From Eledone cirrhosa (taxonomy: Eukaryota): a stretch of DNA of 64,000 bases. Shown here piece after piece: positions 27,957 to 38,744 of the stretch. The DNA is taken from the NCBI GenBank assembly GCA_964016885.1, contig OZ024762.1, positions 27,218,001-27,282,000 on the forward strand, given 5' to 3'. The notes under the pieces were generated by a model that made no database searches, was not told where the DNA came from, and saw only the letters and a list, made by a program, of their open reading frames with translations. Within the stretch, counting starts at the first letter, position 1. Every line of letters begins with the position of its first letter. Made by a program: the position numbers and the translations under genes.

Positions 27957-28096
27957 CACGCCCCGGAATATAGCTAAACTGGAATATACACCTTTTTTCT
28001 GCATTTCGTCGAGCACCACTCTGTTGTAAGCTGACATTCCACTACACGGTACATAACACTGTGTCCTGGAAAACATTAATGCACTCGTGCATAACC

Positions 28097-28164
<68 letters not shown>

Positions 28165-28169
<5 letters not shown>

Positions 28170-28369
28170 AACGAGTAGGACCCCGACGGCTGAGCTCAAG
28201 CCGTTTCGACGAATAATTTTGAACTAAATTTAGTCCAGAATTATTCGTCGAAACGGCTTGAACTCAGCCGTCGGGGTCCTACTCGTTCCTATTACCCACT
28301 CTAATACCCTAAGTATTGAGTACTTTGGTGCGTTATGGTCCACCTGGTTCCTTACCACATTTCCTTCGT

Positions 28370-28370
<1 letters not shown>
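28165..28370 (+). mobile_element. Palindromic mini-element (hairpin of about 128 bp plus a one-sided extension of about 78 bp) in (TA)n; copies at 50283-50475 and 60034-60226 in the opposite orientation
   Basis: Three homologous copies with different hairpin centres. The arm contains GAAA-CGGCT-TGAGCTC-AGCCG-TC (hammerhead stem III plus GUC). Confidence 0.85.
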
Positions 28371-28405
<35 letters not shown>

Positions 28406-29099
28406 TATGGGTACACACACACACATACATACACATCTATAAAAAAACCTACAATATACTAAAATATACATATAACGTCATTAAAAGATGTATCTTGTAG
28501 TAAACATGCACAGATATAAACATTATAATCATATACATACATCCATACACATTCACGTAACATATACATATATAACTCTCTATACATACACACACATATA
28601 TATACACATACGCATACACATATACACATATAAAAACAATAAAATAAATATACAATGTATTAAAATATGCATATAACGTCACATAGAGATATATAAAATA
28701 AAAGAGAGGAGAAAGAAGAAGGTACGTGTATGCGTATGATATAGTACACATGGGAAGTATAAGATGCACACTTAGGTCTGTATACGGAACAAATAAAATG
28801 TGTTCCAAAATGGAACACGTGGAGAGTATGTATTCATGATTGAAAGGGTACACATGCATGGGGATGCGTAGCCCGGCTATATTGGGGTCTGCCACTGTGG
28901 TTGAGGTATGTTGTCCTATATGTGTAGGTATTAGACTGAAAGACCGTGGAATCCGGGTCAACATGTCCCGGCTCAGGCGATGTTCCTGTCTAGGGTGACG
29001 TGCAGAGTCGGGTATGCATCTTGGGTTATTTTGGTTTACCCTATGGGGCATATATTGTCATCAGGGTATGGTGTCTGATCCCTTGAACCCGTTTCGTCG

Positions 29100-29690
29100 C
29101 TCTTGTCGGCGCGTGCTCCGCCGCATGCCCTTACCCTGGGCTTCCTGGAGGATTCCATGCGGCGAGTGTACACCTTCTCTGGTGTCTGCAGGTCATGATA
29201 ATTTCCGATTTCAGGTTGACCGTGTCATCCTTCAGTCTGACTATCTCCATGGCCTCGTATAGGCATAGGCTACACTTTCTACTTCCAGCCGAGTATGCAT
29301 TCGCGTGCGGAACGATACTCCAGTCAAGGGCGTATGGGGTGCCTTTGTCTTTCAGGTCCCACACCAGGTCCGCTAGCCTAGTGGAGTGCCTCTTACTGCG
29401 GTCCTTGAAGGAATGGTGTGGTTATACATCCGCGATTTAAAGGTCGTGGATGTTGCGCCGATGTAGGTGCGCTTTACATTGTGGGCGCTTACCACACATT
29501 TGTATACCAGGCTCTTTGTCAGGCATCTTCCCTGTAGGGGGCACTGGGTGCCCGCTCTGCAATTACATGTTCTGTCGTTATTTTGTTCACTTCGGACGCC
29601 TGGCCCTCGATCTGCTAGGGCCCTCTCCCGATTCTCAGGGTGTTGTTCCGCCGGCACGATGGTCTTCCCCCGCCACCATGAGTAGGAGAA
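29100..29690 (-). mobile_element. PLE GIY-YIG endonuclease fragment (Hydra-clade-like), frameshifted
   Basis: CNCRAGTQCPLQGRC..LVYKC..YIGATSTTFKSRMYNH, then in another frame WDLKDK..WSI..Y..KCSLCLYE..LKSEIIMTCRH. Confidence 0.85.
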
Positions 29691-29998
29691 AGTATAGAAT
29701 AAATAAATAAATAAATAAATAAACACATAAGTATATAAATGTTAAATATTTAAACATTTAAATATGTAAATACCCGTGTTAGAGAAAAAGACACAAGAGA
29801 GAGATATTTATTCTATACTTTCTCCTACTCACCCACTCCTAATACTTATATCTCGCTACTTATCCCTCTTCATCATATTTAGTTTGTCGCACTATTACTT
29901 GTGGTATATAAATATTGAGTTTTGTTGTAATAAATCACTTCTAAGACTGGAATTGAACCATCAGCACAGTTGAGGTATGTCATACATCAATTTATGTA

Positions 29999-30061
29999 TT
30001 TTATCTGATGAGGACGTACTGAAAAAAACAGCACAGTACCTCCGAAATATATATAATAAAA
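29999..30061 (+). ncRNA. Minimal type I hammerhead motif (same family as 280-344)
   Basis: TTTTAT-CTGATGA-GGacGTACTG..CAGTACctCC-GAAA-TATATA-TA-ATAAAA. Stems are conserved and loop 2 has diverged relative to the first copy. Confidence 0.8.
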
Positions 30062-30216
30062 CGTATATTTTGATTACGTGAATGTCTCCATTTATTAATA
30101 TTTTGAATAATATTAATAATTCAAGAAAACTCTTGTTGAGTGCTTTTAATCTATTGTAAAACTATATTCATTGAATAATCAATGAACCTTGTTTAACATT
30201 TGGGTATATATATATA

Positions 30217-30297
<81 letters not shown>

Positions 30298-30348
30298 CAA
30301 ATAGTTTTATCGCTCTACATCGCTGGATACAATCAATACAATAAGAGG

Positions 30349-30912
30349 TTTTCCAATATTAATTTTAATATTTGATTCGTTTGCAATTATGCAAACAGCC
30401 TCTTTAACCCATGTCAGTAGAATGACCCCGTCATTCTTTCTCTTGCGTTGGCATATAAACAAAACGGCAGACACTAATGTTTCTGGGTCATTACGCTTCA
30501 TCAGTACAGAAAACTCAGATTACATTTATTTTATTCAGCCATGGTAGAACGATAAAACTATTTGTTAGTTATTTGAATATGGCAAAGCCGGCCATGAATC
30601 GCTCGTATACATGAAACTGACTGGCCTATCCGCTGATATGCAAATCTGGCTGATCAATGGGTCTGCTAATATGCACATCTGACTGATCAGGAAGTCTGCT
30701 AATATGCAAATATGAAAATATCATATTTTCACTAGCTCTGACTGTTGGCAGGTAAGCAGTATACGGTACTGATGAAGGGTGATCACCCAGAAACATTAGT
30801 GTCTGCAGCCAACACAAGAGCAAGAATGCAGGGTTCATTCTACTGACATGGCTTTAAAGATGATGTTTGCATAATTGCAAACGAATCTAATAATATTATT
30901 AATATTGGAAAA
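30349..30912. repeat. Inverted repeat (arms about 150 bp) with a variant HHR-like motif in each arm
   Basis: 30349-30507 is the reverse complement of 30766-30912. Motif CTGATGA-A-GGGT-GATC-ACCC-A-GAAA-CAT. Confidence 0.75.
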
Positions 30913-31024
30913 TATTCAAATCCCGTCGAGGTTAACTTTGCCTTTCACCCTTACGGGGTCGATAAAATAAAGTACCAGTAATGTACTGGGTAATTGCTGG
31001 CCGTGTGCCACAAAAGTAGAAACA
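30913..31024 (+). mobile_element. 5'-truncated CORE-type SINE with 18-bp target-site duplication
   Basis: TTCAAATCCCGTCGAGGTTAACTTTGCCTTTCACCCTTACGGGGTCGATAAAATAAAGTACCAG, flanked by ATTATTAATATTGGAAAA at 30895-30912 and 31025-31042. Confidence 0.85.
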
Positions 31025-31112
31025 ATTATTAATATTGGAAAAACACAGATTACATTTATATATATATACACCCCAGCATGGCCTTAGCAGGCTGGCTGGA
31101 ATTGGTAAAAGA

Positions 31113-31162
<50 letters not shown>

Positions 31163-31190
31163 GTATATTTAAGTGCATGTATTACTGTGA

Positions 31191-31268
<78 letters not shown>

Positions 31269-31608
31269 CTATATATGTGCGTATGTATCTATGTATGTGT
31301 GCGAGTGTACCGACACAAATAACAGGTTTCACACAATTATAACCGATGTCTCACAACATATCTGACACGTGACACGCCCTTATCCAATCAAAAGTCAAAT
31401 CGTTTCTCGTAGTAATTATATTGTTGTCAATACTGTAACACCAGTGACTGGTCAGGGCGGCCATTTCTCCTTCATCATCTCACTTCTTTCTCCTTCTGCC
31501 TTCTTCTTTTTCTTTGTCTTCTCCTTCTTCCTCCTCTTCTTTGTCTTCTTCTTTGTCTCCTTCTTCTTGTTATTGATGTTGTTGTTGTTGTTCTTCTTCT
31601 TCTTCTTC

Positions 31609-31646
<38 letters not shown>

Positions 31647-31658
31647 GTTATTGTTATT

Positions 31659-32185
31659 CCTTGAATCTCAGTCATTGATGTTGGTTAACTGGAAAGTCCG
31701 TTGGATTGAATATCAAGCCACTACCTGCAGCCTCAGATATTCAGGACGTATCGGAGGGTTCTTGCCGTTCCAAGCAAGCATGCCTTTTGAAGCGTTCCAA
31801 AAAGCGTGAAGGGGCCGATTTTCTTTAACCATCCCTGGAAACCTTTGGAGATAGTCCCCAGTGCGCCTATGACAATCGGGATCACTTTGACTTCATGGCA
31901 GTTCCAAATCCTTTTCACCTCCCACTTTAGGTCCTGGTATCGGTTAATTTTCTCCCTCTCCTTCTCTTGCACTCTCGTGTCGAACGGGCAGGCCACATCC
32001 ACAATCAGGCACGATCTTTTTTCTTTGTCCACAACCACCAGGTCAGGTCTATTGTGTTCCAGTTTTTTGTCCGTCTGTATCCTAAAATCCCACAGCACCT
32101 TCACCTGATTGTTCTCCATCACCGCCTCTGGCCTATGCTCATACCATTTCTCAGAATGTGTGCTCATACCATTTCTCAGAATGTG
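31659..32185 (-). mobile_element. 3' end of R4/Dong-type non-LTR retrotransposon (restriction-like endonuclease)
   Basis: VLWDFRIQTDKKLEHNRPDLVVVD..IVDVACPFD..EKINRYQDL..VIPIVIGALG, flanked by (TTA)n on both sides. Confidence 0.88.
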
Positions 32186-32258
<73 letters not shown>

Positions 32259-32447
32259 TTTGTCTCCTTGTTGTTGTTCCTCTTCTTTGTCTCCTTTTCT
32301 ATCTTCTTTTTCTTCTTCGTCTCCCCCTCCTGCTCCTCCTCCTCCTCCTCCTCCTTCTTCTTCTTCTTCTTCTTCTTCTTCTTCTTTTTGCAGCTGCTGT
32401 TCTTCTTTTTCTTCTTACTTGCTGGCCTTGTGCCAAAAGTAGAAACA

Positions 32448-32480
<33 letters not shown>

Positions 32481-32481
<1 letters not shown>

Positions 32482-32885
32482 TTTGAGTCTCAGTCATTGA
32501 TGTTATTTAACTGGAAAGTTTGTTGAAATGAATATCAAGCCACTACCTGCAGCCTCAGATATTCAGGACGTATCGGAGGGTTCTTGCTGTTCCCATCAAG
32601 CATGCCTTTTGAAGCGTTCCAAAAAGCGTGAAGGGGCCAATTTTCTTTAACAATCCCTGGAAACTTTTTGAGATAGTCCCTAGTGCGCCTATGACAATCG
32701 GGATCACTTTGACTTCATGGCAGTTCCAAATCCTTTTTACCTCCCACTTTAAGTCCTGGTATCGGTTAATTTTCTCCCTCTCCTTCTCCTGCACTCTCGT
32801 GTCGAATGGGCAGGCTACATCCACAATCAGGCACGATCTTTTTTTCTTTGTCCACAACCACCAAGTCAGGTCTATTGTGTTCTTT
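32481..32885 (-). mobile_element. Second, shorter 3' fragment of the same R4/Dong-type family
   Basis: Near-identical to 31659-32060; flanked by (TTA)n/(TAG)n. Confidence 0.88.
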
Positions 32886-32889
32886 TTAC

Positions 32890-32986
<97 letters not shown>

Positions 32987-32988
32987 TT

Positions 32989-34225
32989 TAAATTGCTAGG
33001 GGTCTGGTTCGGTCCGGACCTCCAGACGGACAAAAACTGGGACGAGGTGACGAGCAGGGTGGCTTCTCTCACCCAGAAATAGGCAGAAAGGAAGCTATCC
33101 CTGAAAGGTCGAGCGGAGGTGGCGAATGCGTACATCGCGTCCGTCATCTACTACCGCCTGACCATTGTACCTTGTCCTAAGCCTCGCCTGACTGCGCTGG
33201 AGCGTTTGCTCTTTCGCTTTTTGTGGAAGGGACGCGCTCCGATGGTCAGGCGGTCCATCTGCTGTCAACACCGGCTACGTGGATAGCTGGGCATGCCGTG
33301 TCGGATGATGCGCAGACACGCGCTCAGGCTACGACAACTCCACCTCTTCCTTGACGGTGATCAGGTGTGGTCGCCGTTTGCTAGAGGCGTCTTTACCCAG
33401 CTTGTCCTGGGTCAAGCGGAGACCGAGTGGAAGAGCTTGGAGACTGGAATGTCTTCAGGCGGTCACAGCCCTCGACCAATGTGATCGGTGGAAACTCCAC
33501 CTTAGCGTTCTATAGAGGATTAGTGGAGGGGAAGAGCGACGACGTACTTTTGGGAAACTCTAGGCGTCGACGAATATCAACTAGCCAATCTCTTCGGAAG
33601 AACTTTCGGGCCGGGGCCTATGGACAATTTCCAGAAATCCCTGGACTAGCAGGGCTACCGAGGAGTTTTGGCAGTTCGGGCTAAACTCTACAGGTATGGA
33701 AGTGCCGTCAGCCGGGCATGTCCGAGATGCGCGCATGGCAACGAAACCGTCCTACACACACTCGTCCAGTGTCCGAGCATTGCTGACTTGTGGGTTTATG
33801 TCGAACACCTGCTGTCACGTGTAGGACGGATCTGGCTATTAGCTGAGTCCATCGTGAGGATTGCCCCGCCCTCCTCCTTTAGCCGGGAAGGGCAGGCAGT
33901 TTTTATCTGTCTGGTGGCCATGGATAGAGAGGGAAGTGCTCTCTTCCCAGCATTTTGTTGAGTATGTGCCTGTAAATAGAAGGTGGAAAACTGGGAAAGG
34001 GCACTTGCCCTGATGGTCAGGGTCGCCGTGGCTTTTTTAATGGGATTTCTCCACGAATATCCCTCGGAAGTCTCCTCCCTATTGGGGAATTTTTCATTGT
34101 TTCTTTTTTTGTTACATCCTCTGTTTTTTTTTACACGCAGAATGCCCATTTGTACCGTCCTGTATTTTCCTGTATTGTCCTGTATTGTTCTTAATGTCTT
34201 ACATTGTGTAAACCCTTGTAAACCC
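32989..34225 (+). mobile_element. 5'-truncated Tx1/L1-type LINE copy
   Basis: Homologous to about 36987-38370; LLGVWFGPDL, RKLSLKGRAEVAN, CPRC..ETVLH zinc knuckle and 3' UTR. Confidence 0.88.
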
Positions 34226-34231
34226 TTCTCG

Positions 34232-34580
34232 CATGGAGAAAAACTGGAACGCGGTGACGAGCAAGGTTGCCTCCCTCGCCCAGAAATGGGCCGAGAGGAA
34301 GCTGTCCCTGAAAGGCCGGGCGGAGGTGGCGAATGCGTACATCGCATCCGTCATCTGCTACCGCCTCACCGTCGTCCCTTGCCCCGGCCCAACTCTCACG
34401 AAAATGGCGCGCCTCCTCTTCTGCTTTTTGTGGAAGGGCCGCGCTCCCATGTTCAGACAATCCATCTGCTGTCAACACCCGTTGCGTGGAGGACTGGGCA
34501 TGCCATGGCTGATTATGCGCAAACATGCGCTGAGGCTGCGACATCTCTGGTCCTTCCTTGACGGTGAACAGGTGTGGTCG
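34232..34580 (+). mobile_element. Internal fragment of a diverged Tx1/L1-type LINE
   Basis: WAERKLSLKGRAEVANAYIAS..FLWKG..GGLGMP. Confidence 0.85.
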
Positions 34581-34739
34581 CAGAAATCACACAAAAAAAT
34601 TACATAACATTAAAAAAAATTCGAGACTACCGAGGGAACATCACCAAAATAATATTCACGGATATTCTCGTGGAGAAACCCACCAATGGTCTGAGAGATG
34701 GATCACCCACCCCCTTCCTAAAAAAGAGCCACAGGTAAT

Positions 34740-37700
34740 TTTTGTACCTCTCCCCTCTCACTTGTTTTCCTCCTATCCTAGCCAACATGGCTTCTCTCAG
34801 AATAGGTAGCATAAATGCACGTGGCACGTGGTCGTCTTGGAAGCAGGGCCACCTGCTGAACGATCTCATGTCGCTAAACAGAGATGTGGTGGCCATCAGC
34901 GAAACCAGAATATCCGAGGCACGAGCATTCGCACCCATTTTCGGCGGCTACGAAGTGTACACATCTCCAAGCCGTCCCGGATCTGGGGAGAGGAGGAGTG
35001 GCCGTGTTGCCCGGAGAAATCTGGATCTCTAGATCTTCTTGGACCCAGAAGGTAAGTTGGTGGTACTGGACGTGACCAGCGGAGAAGGACAAGCTTTCAG
35101 GCTAGTGGCCGCCTATGCCCCAACAGGAGCAGGACGGCCTGAATTCTTCCGGCGTCTGGAGACCCATCTTGAAATGTACCGCTCTCTAGTATTAGTGGGC
35201 GACTGGAACCGGATCTTAGTTGCACGCTGGGATTGTGTGGGATTAGCGGATAGGAGAGGAGGATGTAGAAGCCTCACAAACCTACTCAGGCATTTTCAAC
35301 TGTCGGACAGGTACCGATTGGATTTCCCGAATGTGCCAATGTGGACTTGGACAAACCGTATCGGGTCATCCAGATCATATCTAGATAGAGTATTTTGTAG
35401 GGAAATAGATAGGTCTAGCATAGGTTATCCATATTTCAAGATAGTCAGCTACACGGACCACAAATTTGTGATCTGTGTGGTTGACTTAGATAGGCTTCAT
35501 AGAGAAGGACCCGGCTACTGGAAACTAAACGCGTCGTTAACAGCACGCAAAGCTTACAGAGACCGGATTAGCGAATTAGTTAAGCGGGCGTTGACAGGGG
35601 CCATCGTCAACAACAAATGGTGGTTTGCCCTGAAAAGAGCGATTAGAATAGAATCCATTAGGTTTAGTAAAGAGCTAGTAACAGAGTAAAATAGAGCAGA
35701 AGGAAATCTAGTTAAGAAATTAGACAAGGCGCTTAGTAAAGGCATCGCGGCCGACGTGCTTGCGGCGAAATTGGCTCTCGACCAATTTTTCGAAGCTAAG
35801 CACGAAGGCTGCGTTGTCAGAGCTAGGGTGCATGCTCTCAAACACGAGAGGACAAGCCGTTAAATGGGCCCGGGTGGCGGAGGCGCGTCGTGGCAACAAA
35901 GCCCCGATCCTGTCTTTGGCGAACCACGACGGGCACATGATACTCGATCCCGGGAAGATGTGTGCGGCTTTTCAGCAGCACTTTGCTCAGATATCCGGGG
36001 GCAATGGCGACCACGTCGCGGAATGGACTTCAGTGCCTACCTCAACGGACTGCCGCGGATCTTGGCCACTGAGGCGGAGTGTTGCGAAAGGCCGATAACA
36101 GCTGCTGAAGTACGGGAGGCAATGACTAGCTGCACAGTGGTTAAATCGCATGGTTTGGATTGTCTGCCCTACGAATTTTACATACATATAACAGACTTGT
36201 TCGAAGACCTCTTGGCAGACGTCTACTGCTCTGTAAGCCGAGGAGCCGTGCCGCTGTTGAGAAAGGATCCGAACAAAGGGGATAACATAGACAATTCCAG
36301 GCCCATAACTCTGCTAAACACAGACTTCAAGATTTTGGCTAAGGTGCTAGCAAAGAGGTTGGCGCTCATCGTTGGTGGTCTGGTGGGAGACGCGCAAACA
36401 GATTCCAAACAGATTCATCCATGACAACCTATACTTCATGCGATTCATCGTAGAGAGGGTAGCTAGGGAACCTGGCATGGGTGGGTCTTTGATCAATTTA
36501 GATCAGTCAAAAACTTTCGATAGGGTCGACCATCGTTATCTGGCAGCAGTCCTAAGAGCAGCTACTTGGGCCTGTCTTCAGAGGCTGGATTCCTGCCATG
36601 CACAGCGACATCTGTTCTGTGGTGAGTGTGAACGGTCACCTTTCGGAACAGTTCAACATCATGCGCTCGATCCGCCAGGGATGTCCTCTCTCGTCCTTGT
36701 TGTACGTATTGACTCTTTAGCTATTACTGCACAAACTGGAGACATTGAGGGGGATCCCACGTGAACTAGGATGCGGAAGAACAGTGTAAGCTTATGCAGA
36801 TGACATCACCGTAGTGGTGTCGAATACCAACCACATCGAGGCAATCGGTACCACACTAAGAGAATACGAGGTAGTGACAGGAGCAATGATCAACCAGAAA
36901 AAATCAGTAGGCCTACAACTCGGCACCTGGAGAGGCAGGTCCATGCCGCCCAACAGCGTCGTCGTGTGCTGGACGGACGGACCTGTTAAATTGCTAGGGG
37001 TATGGTTCGGTCCGGACCTCCAGACGGACAAAAACTGGGAGGAGGTCTCAAGCAAGGTGTTTTCTCTCACCCAGCAATAGGCAGAAAGGAAGCTATCCCT
37101 GAAAGGTCGAGCGGAGGTGGCAAATGCGTACATCGCGTCCGTCATCTACTACCGCCTGACCGTCGTGCCTTGTCCTAAGCCTCGCCTGACGGCACTGGAG
37201 CTTTTTGGGGAGGGACGTGCTCCGATGGTCAGGCGGTCCATCTGCTGTCAACACCCGCTACGCGGAGGGCTGGGCAAGCCGTGGCTGATGATGCGCAGAC
37301 GGTGATCAGGTGTGGTCGCCCTTTGCTAGACACATGTTTCCCCAGCGTGTCTCTTTGGCGGAGCTGCAGTCCTGGGTTAAGCGAAGACCGAGAGGAAGCG
37401 CTTGGAGACTAGAATGTCTTCAGGCGCTTACAGCACTCGATCAGTCGAGCAATACAATCACTGGAAACTCCACCTTGGTTTTCTATACAGGATTAGTGGA
37501 AAGAAAGAGCAACTACGTCCTTGGGGAGACTCTAGGCGTCGACGAAAACCAACTAGCCAATCTCTTCGGGAGAACTTTCGGGCCGGGCCCATGGACAACT
37601 TCCAGAAATCCCTGGCCTGGCAGTGCTAGAGTCTATCCCGAACTGACAAGGAGCCTTGCCAGTTCGGGATAGACTCTACAGGCATGGAAATGCCGTCAGC

Positions 37701-38387
37701 CGAGCCTATCCGAGATGCGCACAGGGTGATGAAACCGTCCTGCACGCACACGTCCAGTGTCCGAGCATTTCTGATATGTGGGTTTATGCCGAACACCTGC
37801 TGTCACGTGTAGAACGGATCCGGCTTTCATCTGAGTCCGTCGTGAAGATTGCCCCGCCGCCTTCCTTTAGCCAAGAGGACAGACAGTTTTTATCTGCCTG
37901 GTGGCCATGATAAAAGAGATTGTATGGTGGACACGTCTGAAAGGGTTGAGGACCGGTACTTTCCTCTTCGGTGACGCCCTCATTAATTTTTCAGGTTTCA
38001 CCTGAAGAGGAGAAATCAGGGTGGAGAGGGAAGTGCTGACCTCCAGCCAGTTTATTGAAAGGTGGGTGAGAGAGGCAAGAATGGTTCGCGTGAATGGGTC
38101 TACCCTGAGCGTGTGCCTGCAGCATTGTAGGAGGAAAACTGGAAGAGGGCATTTGCCCTAGCGATCAGGGTAACCGTGGCTATTCTTGTGGGCTTTCTCC
38201 ACGAAACCCTCCGAGGTCTCCCCCCCCCCCCCCCCCTATTGGGAATTTTTCATTGTTTCCTTTTGTCACACTGTGTTTTTGTTGTTTTTTTTTACACGCA
38301 GAAATGCCAGTTTGTATTGTCCTGTGTTGTCCTTAATGTTATACTTTGTGTCAAGCCTTGTGGTTAATAAAGAAAGCATTATTATTA
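34740..38387 (+). mobile_element. Tx1/L1-clade LINE ORF2 (AP endonuclease + RT + Zn knuckle), frameshifted, with 3' UTR and (ATT)n tail
   Basis: APE: GSINARG, AISET, GDWN, SYLDRVF, TDHK. RT: RPITLLNTDFKILAK, DQSKTFDRVDH, RQGCPLS, YADD (36793-36804). AATAAA at 38366-38371. Confidence 0.93.
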
Positions 38388-38388
38388 G

Positions 38389-38587
38389 AAAGGCGGTGGA
38401 TTGGCTGTTTCGGTAGAGGATCGGACGCCATGCTTTCTAGCATAGTTACGTCCCTTTACGGTCTGAGTTCGAATCCCGCCGAGGTTGACTTTGCCTTTCA
38501 TCCTTACGGGGTCGATAAAATAAAAGTACCAGTAATGCACTGGGTATTTGCTGGCCTTGTGCCTAAAGTAGAAACAATTATTATTAG
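38389..38587 (+). mobile_element. Near full-length CORE-type SINE
   Basis: GGCGGTGGATTGGC..GAGTTCGAATCCCGCCGAGGTTGACTTTGCCTTTCATCCTTACGGGGTCGATAAAATAAAAGTACCAG..GTAGAAACA(ATT)n. Confidence 0.85.
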
Positions 38588-38744
38588 AAGGAGTAGTAGT
38601 AGTATTTTCTTTTCCTTCTTTATCTTTTTCTTCTTCGTCTCCTTCTCCCTCCTCCTCCACCTCTCCTCCTCTATTCTCACATCACCACCAACCAACCTTC
38701 AACTTGCTACTAATCATTCAATTACGTTTCCAGAGATTGTGCTT

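Noticed and set aside
38389-38480. tRNA-like A/B boxes (also near 11889 and 17370)
   Set aside because: They are SINE heads followed by SINE core sequence; there is no complete cloverleaf.
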